64,000 nucleotides of DNA from Litorivicinus sp. (GTDB lineage: Bacteria > Pseudomonadota > Gammaproteobacteria > Pseudomonadales > Litorivicinaceae): assembly GCA_049609265.1 (NCBI GenBank), contig JBMYYI010000005.1:1446-65445 (forward strand), written 5' to 3'. The notes beneath the pieces were generated by a model. It was not told where the DNA came from. It saw only the letters and a list, made by a program, of their open reading frames with translations, and made no database searches. Positions 18,809 through 28,006 of this stretch are shown in pieces. Positions within the stretch are counted from its first letter, which is position 1. Every line of letters starts with the position of its first letter. The translations under genes and the position numbers were made by a program.

Positions 18809-19681
18809 ATGTTTGAAATGTGCGCAGACCCCTCAACCCTAGAAGGCCTTGCCTGGTTAGCTTGCTACTTGACCAACGGCAAACACTTCTTGTTCTACCA
18901 AAGCTTTGCGACGGTGCTGGGCCTGCTGGCGCTCGCCGCTCCCATGGCGTTGTTGATGGGATTTGCCGGCGCATTGGCTAAGCGTTCCCGAATACTAGGA
19001 TTGCGTCAGCTTGGACAGGTCTATGTCGCCATGGTCCGCGGCATTCCCGATATTGTTTTTTTCCTGTTCGTTCCTCTTTTGATCGATCAGGGAATCGAAA
19101 TCATCCGGCACTATGCGCTGTGTGCTGACACGTCAGCGCCGATTTATCAGGGCAATGACTTTGTGGTCTGCCAGGCCGCCAAGATGCCGCTGTCCAGTGC
19201 CGAGCCCTGGGTCCACAGCCTATACGGCTTCTTCTTGGCCCTGGTCGCGTTTTCGATTGTCTTTGGTGCATTCGCTGCCAACACCTTGGACGGGGCCCTG
19301 AGCGCCGTCCCGGCCAGTCAACTTGAAACCGCACGCGCTTACGGGATGACGCCGAGACAGGCATTCTGGCGGATCCAGTTGCCGCAAATGTGGGGCTATG
19401 CCCTGCCTGGGCTGGCTAATCTATGGCAAATTTTGATCAAGGCAACGCCTCTGCTATTCCTGTTGGGTATCGAGGATATTGTCTACTGGGCCCGTGAACT
19501 GGGCGGAGCCAAAGGCTCACGCTTTGATTATCCGCATCCGGATTGGCGCATTTACTACTTTGGTGCCCTATTGCTGTTTTACATGTTGATGACCTGGGGC
19601 AGCGAAAAATTCTTTGTCCGGATGCAGGCTAGACTGTCCGTCGGCCAGGCCACCCTGTCCGGTAAAGGGGCGGGACTATGA
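18809..19681 (+). CDS. amino-acid ABC transporter permease
   Basis: 290-aa polytopic protein. It carries the EAA-type loop of HisQ/M-like permeases (ETARAYGMTPRQAFWRIQLP). Confidence 0.8.
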   Translation: MFEMCADPSTLEGLAWLACYLTNGKHFLFYQSFATVLGLLALAAPMALLMGFAGALAKRSRILGLRQLGQVYVAMVRGIPDIVFFLFVPLLIDQGIEIIRHYALCADTSAPIYQGNDFVVCQAAKMPLSSAEPWVHSLYGFFLALVAFSIVFGAFAANTLDGALSAVPASQLETARAYGMTPRQAFWRIQLPQMWGYALPGLANLWQILIKATPLLFLLGIEDIVYWARELGGAKGSRFDYPHPDWRIYYFGALLLFYMLMTWGSEKFFVRMQARLSVGQATLSGKGAGL

Positions 19682-20511
19682 TGTGTAGTGAAACCCTAGC
19701 CGACTATGGTCTGCGGGCCTTTGGCATTGGCGAGCGTTTGTTGCCCAAAGGTGAGATCACCCTGTGTGATCAGATCGTACTGATCGGCAGCGGCATGTTG
19801 TGGAATATCTACTTTGCCGCCGTGGCTCTGGCACTGGGATTTGTCTTTGCGACCATTTTGGCGCTGGGCAAGGCCAGTGCCAATCCTTGGGCCCGCAAAC
19901 CCGCCAGTGGCTTTGTATTCTTTTTCCGCGGCACGCCACTCTTTATCCAGTTTTTCTTTGCCTACGAGCTGTTCGTGATGCTGCCCCGAGCGGGCTTTGA
20001 ATTTGCCTGGCTGGGCGTCGAGTTTACGCTGGAAACCCGCTGGCTGACCCGAGCCTGGGCAGGCGCAACCGTCGTGCTTTGGCTAAACACCTCGGCCTAT
20101 ACCGCCGAGATATTTTATGGCGCATTACGCAGCGTGCCGGCGGGAGACATTGAGGCAGCCAAGGCCTATGGCATGAATGGGCCCCAACGATTCCGGCGGA
20201 TCATTTGGCCCAGCATGCTGCGCCTGTCATGGGCCAGCTACACTAACGAAGCAATTTTCCTGTTCCACGCCACCACCCTGATATTTTTCAGCGCCTTTCC
20301 CGCATGGAAGCAACAGGGCGACGCGCTGTACTACGCCAACTATTTTGCCGAGCAGACCTACAATCCCTTTGTGCCCTACCCGATCGTCGCGGTCTGGTTC
20401 ATCCTGGGAACACTGGCAATTATCGGGCTGTTTGGACTGATTAATCGCAGGCTAAACCGCCACCTGCCACAGGCGCCTCGCTTAAAATACCGCCCAAAGC
20501 TGATGCGCTAG
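19678..20511 (+). CDS. amino-acid ABC transporter permease
   Basis: 277-aa polytopic protein with the loop EAAKAYGMNGPQRFRRIIWP. Overlaps the upstream permease by 4 nt. Confidence 0.8.
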   Translation: MMCSETLADYGLRAFGIGERLLPKGEITLCDQIVLIGSGMLWNIYFAAVALALGFVFATILALGKASANPWARKPASGFVFFFRGTPLFIQFFFAYELFVMLPRAGFEFAWLGVEFTLETRWLTRAWAGATVVLWLNTSAYTAEIFYGALRSVPAGDIEAAKAYGMNGPQRFRRIIWPSMLRLSWASYTNEAIFLFHATTLIFFSAFPAWKQQGDALYYANYFAEQTYNPFVPYPIVAVWFILGTLAIIGLFGLINRRLNRHLPQAPRLKYRPKLMR

Positions 20512-20581
20512 TATCCAAGGCTTGGACTTGGGTCCGCTTACCAGTAAATTTCGTTTAACACCCTAGAGTTTAGGAGCCGCC

Positions 20582-21067
20582 ATGCCTTCGTTTGATATTG
20601 TCTCGGAAATTGACAATCACGAGCTACAAAACGCCACCGACCAAGCCAACAAAGAAGTCACAACGCGCTTTGACTTTAAAGGTACGAATTCCTCGTTTGA
20701 GCTGTCCGGCAGTGAGATCAAACTGCAGACCGAATCTGAGTTTCAACTGGATCAGATGTACGACATGTTGACGAGCAAGATGACCAAACGCGGTATCGAC
20801 ATCCGCTGTCTGGAACGCGGTGACATGGACTTGCAACTGAAAACAGCCAAACAAACCATCACGGTAAAACAAGGTTTGGAATCGGCCGATGCGAAAAAGA
20901 TCGTGAAATTGATCAAAGACGAAAAGCTGAAGGTCCAGGCCAGTATCCAAGGCGACAGCGTGCGGGTCACCGGAAAAAAGCGCGACGACCTGCAAACGGC
21001 CATTGCACTGCTAAAGGAAAAAGACCCGGTATCCCTGCCGCTGCAGTTCAATAACTTCCGTGACTAA
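20582..21067 (+). CDS. yajQ: YajQ-family nucleotide / cyclic-di-GMP-binding protein
   Basis: 161 aa. The MPSFDIVSEIDNHELQNATDQANKEVTTRFDFKG start is canonical for YajQ. Confidence 0.9.
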   Translation: MPSFDIVSEIDNHELQNATDQANKEVTTRFDFKGTNSSFELSGSEIKLQTESEFQLDQMYDMLTSKMTKRGIDIRCLERGDMDLQLKTAKQTITVKQGLESADAKKIVKLIKDEKLKVQASIQGDSVRVTGKKRDDLQTAIALLKEKDPVSLPLQFNNFRD

Positions 21068-21881
21068 TCTTTCGACGCTGGGGGTGACCCATCTGCGCGA
21101 TGCGGTCCCCGCCGACCTGCGCCAGGCCCTGAATGCGCAGATCGATCAATGGATTGATGACTTTGATCCGATGGAACACCGAGCTAGCTTTAGTAGCGGC
21201 GGCGCGCACCTCGAACATCAACGTTATTTCCTGGACTCCGCCCGTCAGGTGTCCTGTTTTTTAGAAACCGGCGCATGGGGTGCGGACGGGCAATTAATTC
21301 AGCCCAAACATCAAGCGATCAATAAAATCGGCCATGCCCTGCACGATCATTCTGCGGCCTTTGCCCAGCTGGCTCGGTTACCCAGCCTATCGCGTCACCT
21401 GACGCAAATCAGCGATCAACCCTGGGAGCTGATGCAAACGATGGTGATCATGAAGCCGCCGCGCATCGGGGGAGAGGTCAACTGGCACCAAGATGGGACC
21501 TTTCTGATGGACTCAGCGAATGGCTGCCTGGGGATTTGGATTGCCCTGGAGGATGCGGACCCAGATAACGGATGCCTGCAGTTTGGGCCGACCCCCGAGC
21601 ATGGATTGTCCGAGTTGTTCGAAACCGACCACGATACCGGCGAGTCAAAGATGCGACAAATTCATCCGACGGCCTTACAAACGCCCTCCAAGCCGGTGTT
21701 TGCAACCTGCAAAGCCGGCGATGCGGTCGTATTTGATGGATTGACGCCACACGCAAGCTCGCCCAACACATCCGATCGTTCACGTCGTGCGATCACCTTG
21801 CACTTTAAACCGGCTCACAGCGATTGGTTGGCCACAAATTGGCTACAGCGCGGTGAGCTCCAACCATTTTTGGTCCCATGA
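21060..21881 (+). CDS. phytanoyl-CoA dioxygenase (PhyH) family Fe(II)/2-oxoglutarate oxygenase
   Basis: 273 aa with a WHQDG (HxD) motif and a distal PHAS His, in a PhyH-like layout. The GTG start overlaps the yajQ stop by 8 nt, so the exact start is uncertain. Confidence 0.75.
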   Translation: MTNLSTLGVTHLRDAVPADLRQALNAQIDQWIDDFDPMEHRASFSSGGAHLEHQRYFLDSARQVSCFLETGAWGADGQLIQPKHQAINKIGHALHDHSAAFAQLARLPSLSRHLTQISDQPWELMQTMVIMKPPRIGGEVNWHQDGTFLMDSANGCLGIWIALEDADPDNGCLQFGPTPEHGLSELFETDHDTGESKMRQIHPTALQTPSKPVFATCKAGDAVVFDGLTPHASSPNTSDRSRRAITLHFKPAHSDWLATNWLQRGELQPFLVP

Positions 21882-22711
21882 AAATATCAATTATTGGCCT
21901 AGGTGCGATGGGAACTCCCATGGCGCGGCACCTCAAAGAAACCGGCCACGAGCTGCTTTTGTATACCCGTCGACCGGAAAAGGTCGCCGAGCTGTCAGCC
22001 ATCGCCCCGGTCACCATGGATCTGGCTGAATGCTGCCAAAATCCCGTGATTATTTTGAATGTCCTGGGCACCGAGGACGTCATTGAAGTCACCACCCAAC
22101 TGGCATTGGACTTAGCGCCGGGCACGTTGGTGATTGACCACTCCACCATTGATCCTGCGGGCGCACGTGTAGCCGCGGGCCTGATTCGGGACGCGGGCGG
22201 TGAATTTGTCGACGCGCCGGTGTCATGGGGTGAGCAAAAAGCCATTACCGGCGAGTTAGTCAGCATGGTGGGTGGCGAAGCCCGGGCAATCGAACGTGCC
22301 GCCGAGGTGTTTGCCCCCTATATCAAAAGCTACGTCCACCTGGGCGAAAGTGGCGCCGGCCAAGTCGCCAAGCTGTGCAACCAAATTGCACAGGTAGTCA
22401 ACATCCAGGGGATCTGTGAAGCCATGCGCTTTGCCGCGCACCATCAGGTCGATCAAGCGCGTGTGCTAGACGCCATTCGTGGCGGCATGGCCGGCAGTCA
22501 GATGCTGGAACTGATGGGGCCCAAGATCGTGAGCCAGGACTTCAGTGCTGGCATCCAGTCGCGCTTGCATGCCAAGGATCTCAACATCGCAGCCGATGCG
22601 GCGCTCTCTGAACTACCCGCATTGCAGGCAACGCTGGCCAAACTTAACGAGTTGATCGAATCTGGCGGTGGCCACGATGACACCAGCTCACTGTATCGCT
22701 TGCTGAAATAA
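21878..22711 (+). CDS. NAD(P)-dependent oxidoreductase, 3-hydroxyisobutyrate/6-phosphogluconate dehydrogenase-like
   Basis: 277 aa with an MKISIIGLGAMGTPMA Rossmann start. Forms an ATGA overlap with the PhyH gene. Confidence 0.85.
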   Translation: MKISIIGLGAMGTPMARHLKETGHELLLYTRRPEKVAELSAIAPVTMDLAECCQNPVIILNVLGTEDVIEVTTQLALDLAPGTLVIDHSTIDPAGARVAAGLIRDAGGEFVDAPVSWGEQKAITGELVSMVGGEARAIERAAEVFAPYIKSYVHLGESGAGQVAKLCNQIAQVVNIQGICEAMRFAAHHQVDQARVLDAIRGGMAGSQMLELMGPKIVSQDFSAGIQSRLHAKDLNIAADAALSELPALQATLAKLNELIESGGGHDDTSSLYRLLK

Positions 22712-22729
22712 CGCACTTTAGGATCAGAC

Positions 22730-23686
22730 ATGGATAACGATTTTGCGATCACCGCGGATAGCCTGTATGGCACCCGCAGCGAGGAAATGTTCCAGGGCAT
22801 CACCAGCTTTATTCGCCGCAAATACACCCGGGATCTAAGCCAAGCCGACGTTGCGGTCATGGGGGTTCCCTTTGATACCGCCACCACGAACCGACCCGGC
22901 GCGCGCTTTGGGCCCCGGGCCGTGCGTGAGGCCAGCGCTCAGCTGTGCTGGGCTCGGCCCTATGGCTGGGGATTTAATCCTTTCAACACCCTAGCCGTGA
23001 TCGACTATGGCGACTGCCCCTTTGATCTGGTCAAGCCCGCCCAGGTGCCTGATGAGATCCAAGCGCATGCCCGCAAGGTGGTGGAGTCCGGCACAACGCT
23101 GCTGTCGATCGGCGGCGATCATTTTGTCAGCTACCCGATTCTAAAGGCCCATTACGACACCTATGGCCCGATGGCGCTGGTGCACTTCGATGCGCATTCA
23201 GACACCTGGCCATCCGAACCGGGCGATATCGAGCACGGCACCATGTTCTACCATGCTGCACGCGATGGCATTGTGGATCCGGCTCATTCCATTCAGTTAG
23301 GGATCCGCACCCACAACTCGGATCGTCGGGGTTTCGAATGGGTCGAGGGTCCAGATCTGCACACACGGACGGCCGAGTCGATTGCTCAGCAGATTTTACA
23401 GCGTGTCGGGGATTTGCCGGTTTACCTAACCTTTGACATTGATTGTATTGACCCTGCCTACGCGCCAGGCACCGGAACGCCGGTCATTGGCGGGCCGTCG
23501 ACTGCTCAAATCCTGGCCATTTTGCGCGCGCTGAAAGGCATCAATTTGGTGGGGATGGACGTGGTCGAGGTATCACCCGCCTATGATCATGCCGAGGTCA
23601 CCGCACTAGCCGGCGCCACCATCGCACAGCAGATGCTGTGCCTGTTGGCTTGGTATCGTGGCGCACGACCCGATGGTCACGGTTAA
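22730..23686 (+). CDS. speB: agmatinase (ureohydrolase family)
   Basis: 318 aa. MALVHFDAHSDT, HGTMFY, PVYLTFDIDCIDPAYAPGTGTPVIGG and VGMDVVEVSPAYD closely follow the E. coli SpeB pattern as I recall it. Confidence 0.9.
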   Translation: MDNDFAITADSLYGTRSEEMFQGITSFIRRKYTRDLSQADVAVMGVPFDTATTNRPGARFGPRAVREASAQLCWARPYGWGFNPFNTLAVIDYGDCPFDLVKPAQVPDEIQAHARKVVESGTTLLSIGGDHFVSYPILKAHYDTYGPMALVHFDAHSDTWPSEPGDIEHGTMFYHAARDGIVDPAHSIQLGIRTHNSDRRGFEWVEGPDLHTRTAESIAQQILQRVGDLPVYLTFDIDCIDPAYAPGTGTPVIGGPSTAQILAILRALKGINLVGMDVVEVSPAYDHAEVTALAGATIAQQMLCLLAWYRGARPDGHG

Positions 23687-24838
23687 CTAGCCCAACCGGC
23701 TGGCAAAATCCTGGTAGCCAAACTCGCGTACCACCTTCAGCTCATCGGTACGCGAATCCCACAGGGCCAGTGACGGCAAGGGGATGCCGTTAAAGGTATT
23801 GGTCTTGACCAGGGTGTAATGAGCCATGTCGTCAAACATCAGCCGCTGGCCTAACTGCAGCGGCTCATCAAAACTGTAATCACCAATCACGTCACCGGCT
23901 AGGCACGTTTGACCACCTAGACGGTAGCTGTGCGCTTTCTCCCCGGGCTCGCCGGCTTGATGAATCTCTGCCCGGTACGGCATCTCCAGCGTATCGGGCA
24001 TGTGACAGGTGGCCGAGGTATCCAAGATCGCCAGATCCATACCGTTGTGCGGCAGGTCCAACACTTCAGCCACCAGCACCCCACTGCGGATCGCAATGGC
24101 TTCGCCGGGCTCGAGGTACACCTGGACTTGGTAGCGCTCACTGAAGGCACGAATGCGCGCAATCAGACCCTCAATATCATAGCCCGGAGCGGTAATATGA
24201 TGGCCGCCGCCGAAATTGACCCACGTCAGGTCCGCCAGCAGGTGCCCAAAACGCGCCTCAAATGCGTCTAAGGTTCGCGCCAATGGCTCAAACCCTTGCT
24301 CGCACAGGGTATGAAAGTGCAGACCACTGATACCCTGCAAATCTTGATCCTGCAGCTGCGGAGCCGGCGTTCCTAAACGAGAACAGGGAGCGCAGGGATC
24401 GTACAGCTCTACCGCACCCTCGGAATGCTCAGGGTTGACCCTTAGTCCAAAGGGGATATTGGCGGCCTGACACTGAGCACGAAACCGCCGCATCTGTGCC
24501 GGGGAGTTGAACACAAAGTGATCAGCAATCGGCAGCAACTGTTCAATGTCGGCGTCTTTAAATGCCGCGCTAAAAACATGGACCTCACCGGGATAGTGGT
24601 GATGCGCGAGTAAGGCCTCGTGCACACCCGACGAGCAGGTACCCGACAGATACTGAGCGGTTAACGAACCCAGAGCCGGGAAACTAAATGCCTTGAGTGC
24701 CGCTAGAACCTTTGCCCCTGAACGGGCCTGGACATCAGCCAACACCTGCAGATTGCGCTCCACCGCCGCGCGATCGATCACAAAGCACGGCGAGGGAACC
24801 CGTGATGGGTCAAATTGGGCGAAGGTCGCGCTGTTCAC
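23687..24838 (-). CDS. nspC: carboxynorspermidine/carboxyspermidine decarboxylase
   Basis: 383 aa with a PLP-fold (ALKAF lysine region). Size and sequence are typical of NspC/CANSDC. Overlaps the upstream dehydrogenase by 4 nt. Confidence 0.9.
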   Translation of the reverse strand: MNSATFAQFDPSRVPSPCFVIDRAAVERNLQVLADVQARSGAKVLAALKAFSFPALGSLTAQYLSGTCSSGVHEALLAHHHYPGEVHVFSAAFKDADIEQLLPIADHFVFNSPAQMRRFRAQCQAANIPFGLRVNPEHSEGAVELYDPCAPCSRLGTPAPQLQDQDLQGISGLHFHTLCEQGFEPLARTLDAFEARFGHLLADLTWVNFGGGHHITAPGYDIEGLIARIRAFSERYQVQVYLEPGEAIAIRSGVLVAEVLDLPHNGMDLAILDTSATCHMPDTLEMPYRAEIHQAGEPGEKAHSYRLGGQTCLAGDVIGDYSFDEPLQLGQRLMFDDMAHYTLVKTNTFNGIPLPSLALWDSRTDELKVVREFGYQDFASRLG

Positions 24839-26031
24839 TGAATATCAAAATCCGGGGATTCAACGACACTCCAGGGCAGACCATAGGCATTCAAGTCCGC
24901 CATAAAGGGATCGGGATCCATCTGCTCCATGTTCCACACACCCGGTTTCATCCAGGTACCCTCGACCATCATTTTGGCACCAATCATGGCCGGCACACCG
25001 GTGGTGTAGCTAATCGCTTGGCTCTTAACCTCGGCGTAGCAGTCCTGGTGATCCTTGATGTTGTAGACATAAGCACGTGTGGGCTGGCCGTCTTTGATGC
25101 CGGTGACATAGCAGCCGATGCAGGTACGGCCCTGGGTACGCGGTCCTAGGCTGGCCGGATCGGGCAACACAGCACGCAGGAACTGAATCGGCGTAATCTG
25201 CTGACCGTTGAACTCAATGGGCTCGATAGACGTCATGCCGACGTTTTCCAAGCACCGCAAATGCGTCAAATACTTTTCAGAAAAGCTCATAAAGAACTGG
25301 GCACGCTTAATCGTGGGGTAGTGCTTGGTCAGCGACTCCAGCTCTTCGTGATACATGCGATAGATATCGTAGGTGCCGACACCCTCTGGGCAGGTAAAGG
25401 ACTGCGACTTGCTCATCGGCGGCGTTTCAACGAATTCGCCATTTTCCCAGTGCCGACACTCGGCGCTCACTTCGCGGATATTGATCTCGGGATTGAAGTT
25501 CGTCGCAAAGGGGTAGCCATGATCACCGCCGTTCACATCGATGATGTCCAGCGTGTGCATCTCATCGAAGTAATGCTTGGCCAGGTACGCAGTGAATACG
25601 TTGGTCGCGCCCGGGTCAAAGCCTGAGCCCAAAAGCGCCATCAAACCCGCTTTTTCAAACTTTTCTTGATACGCCCACTGCCACTTGTATTCGAATTTAG
25701 CGGTATCAAGGGGTTCGTAGTTAGCCGTATCCATGTAATGCACACCCGCTTCCAGGCAGGCATCCATAATGGTTAGATCCTGATAGGGTAGCGCTACGTT
25801 GATCACCATAAAAGGCTTTTCTGCCTTTAGGAACGCAGCCAGCTCGGGCACGTTGTCGGCATCAACCTGGGCCGTTTTGATCGGACGATCTAACTGCGCG
25901 GCAATGGCATCACACTTGGACAGCGTGCGCGAGGCCAATACGATTTCAGTAAATACCTCAGGTAACTGGGCGCACTTATGGGTGACCACGCCCCCGACGC
26001 CGCCTGCGCCAATAATGACTACCTTCGCCAT
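24835..26031 (-). CDS. carboxynorspermidine/carboxyspermidine dehydrogenase (saccharopine dehydrogenase family)
   Basis: 398 aa with an MAKVVIIGAGGVGGVV Rossmann start. Its position between speA and nspC matches the alternative polyamine pathway. Confidence 0.85.
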   Translation of the reverse strand: MAKVVIIGAGGVGGVVTHKCAQLPEVFTEIVLASRTLSKCDAIAAQLDRPIKTAQVDADNVPELAAFLKAEKPFMVINVALPYQDLTIMDACLEAGVHYMDTANYEPLDTAKFEYKWQWAYQEKFEKAGLMALLGSGFDPGATNVFTAYLAKHYFDEMHTLDIIDVNGGDHGYPFATNFNPEINIREVSAECRHWENGEFVETPPMSKSQSFTCPEGVGTYDIYRMYHEELESLTKHYPTIKRAQFFMSFSEKYLTHLRCLENVGMTSIEPIEFNGQQITPIQFLRAVLPDPASLGPRTQGRTCIGCYVTGIKDGQPTRAYVYNIKDHQDCYAEVKSQAISYTTGVPAMIGAKMMVEGTWMKPGVWNMEQMDPDPFMADLNAYGLPWSVVESPDFDIQ

Positions 26032-26040
26032 AACTCTCTC

Positions 26041-27915
26041 CTAGTGCTCGTAGTAGGTGTAGCCGCGCAGACTTTCGCGGAACTGTTCCAAAATTTCCCG
26101 ACGCTGGGCCGGCTTAATCAACTTGTTGCGGACCGCACGCTCGGCCGTTTGGCGAAAGTGCTCGCTAAGCCATGCCGGGGTGTATTCCACATAGCTCAAC
26201 ACATCAGCCACACTGTCGCCCTGCAATTCACGAACAAATTCGAAATTGCCATCGGACTCAATGCGCACACTGACCACGTTAGTGTCGCCAAATAGGTTGT
26301 GCAAATCGCCCAGCGTTTCCTGGTAGGCGCCGACCATAAACACACCAAAGACGTAATCTTCGCCCTCGCGCAAGCCATGCACTGGAAGGGTCTTGTGCCC
26401 CCCCACAAACAGGTCGATCTTGCCGTCGCAATCACAGGTCAAATCGGCAATCACCGCTTCGCGTTTGGGTTCTTCGTCCAAGCGGTGAATCGGCATAACC
26501 GGGAAAATCTGGTCCATCGCCCAGGTATCGGGCAGGGATTGGAAGACGCTGAAGTTGGCGTAGTAAATATCCGCCAGATCCTCATGCAGGGCCTCGAGTT
26601 CCTTGGGAATCCGACGCATTTGCGGCAATAGCGACTTGACGGTTTGCATCACCAACAGCGTTAGGGATTCACCGGCAGCACGCTCGCGCAGGGTGGCCTG
26701 ACCTAAACGGAAAAATTCACGCAACTCATCACGATAATAAATCGCATCATTGAAGCACTGCTGAGCATTGGCCAGCTGCACATCACTGGCAACATCCGCG
26801 AGCTTCTGCAACAGCTCGTGATCATCCTCTCCGATGGTGGGGATAGGACCGGGCTCGAAGGTGGTCACATCCAGCGTGTTAAACAGCAAGATCGAGGATT
26901 CTGCAACCGTGGCACGACCGGATTCGCTGATCAAAATCGGGTGTTCAATACCCTCGTCCAGGGCCTCGATCACCGAGGCAACCACGTCGTGGCAATATTC
27001 TGGCAGATCGTAATTGGTATCGCCGCCCTCGTAGTTGACTGCCAAACCGCCCCCCAGGTCCAGATACCCCATCGCGGCGCCCTCGGCGACCAGCTGGTTA
27101 TAGAACCGAACGGCTTCCATCACCCCGGTGCGGATATCTCGAATATTGGGAATCTGCGAACCCAGGTGAAAGTGCAACAAACGCAGCCAATCCAGGTGCC
27201 CTGCGGCCTTGAGTGTATCGATCATGGCCACGATCTGATTGGCGTTAAGACCAAACAACGAGCGGTCACCCGAGTCCTCGCTCCAATGCCCCTCAACCTG
27301 GGTTGAGAGCTTGGCCCGGAAGCCAATCAGCGGCTCGACCTCGAGTGCCTCAGCACGCTCTAGAATCAGATTTAACTCGGTCGGCGTCTCGACCACAAAG
27401 AAGCACTGAAAACCCAGCTGGCGCGCGCGCAGGCCCAGATCGATGAATTCAGCATCCTTGTACCCGTTACAGATGATGTAGCTACCCGATTCGGTCAGAG
27501 TCGCCATTGCGATCATCAGCTCGGCCTTGCTGCCAGCCTCCAAGCCGTGGTTATAACGGGCGCCAAAGCGTGCAATTTCCTCAATGACCTGGGATTGTTG
27601 GTTCACTTTGATGGGGAAAACACCCCGGTAGGGAGACTGGTAGCCCAGCTCATCAATGGCCTGGGCAAAACTGTCGTTGAGCCGGCTGATTTGTAGATCA
27701 ATCAGATTCTCGATTCGCAGGACCACTGGCAAATCCATGCCTCGATCTTTGATGCCTGCGATGATGTCGGTCAGCGCCACATTGGGCTGTCCCGGCACAT
27801 TGGGAGGTGCGATTTGCAGCTGGCCTGCGCCGTTGACACTAAAATAGCCCTTGCCCCAGTCGGCGACGTTATAGAGCGTTGCAGAGTCCTCGACGGACCA
27901 GGTTTTTTTAGTCAA
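26041..27915 (-). CDS. speA: biosynthetic arginine decarboxylase
   Basis: 624 aa. Has the FPIKVNQQ PLP-lysine region and the long N- and C-terminal domains typical of SpeA. Confidence 0.95.
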   Translation of the reverse strand: MTKKTWSVEDSATLYNVADWGKGYFSVNGAGQLQIAPPNVPGQPNVALTDIIAGIKDRGMDLPVVLRIENLIDLQISRLNDSFAQAIDELGYQSPYRGVFPIKVNQQSQVIEEIARFGARYNHGLEAGSKAELMIAMATLTESGSYIICNGYKDAEFIDLGLRARQLGFQCFFVVETPTELNLILERAEALEVEPLIGFRAKLSTQVEGHWSEDSGDRSLFGLNANQIVAMIDTLKAAGHLDWLRLLHFHLGSQIPNIRDIRTGVMEAVRFYNQLVAEGAAMGYLDLGGGLAVNYEGGDTNYDLPEYCHDVVASVIEALDEGIEHPILISESGRATVAESSILLFNTLDVTTFEPGPIPTIGEDDHELLQKLADVASDVQLANAQQCFNDAIYYRDELREFFRLGQATLRERAAGESLTLLVMQTVKSLLPQMRRIPKELEALHEDLADIYYANFSVFQSLPDTWAMDQIFPVMPIHRLDEEPKREAVIADLTCDCDGKIDLFVGGHKTLPVHGLREGEDYVFGVFMVGAYQETLGDLHNLFGDTNVVSVRIESDGNFEFVRELQGDSVADVLSYVEYTPAWLSEHFRQTAERAVRNKLIKPAQRREILEQFRESLRGYTYYEH

Positions 27916-28006
27916 TTTTCAGACTCCAGAGTTAACCCGCGCACACTACTGATTTACCTCAGGGATTCAAGGCCTTACCCTTTATTTTTACGCAAGGATA
28001 TTGCTC

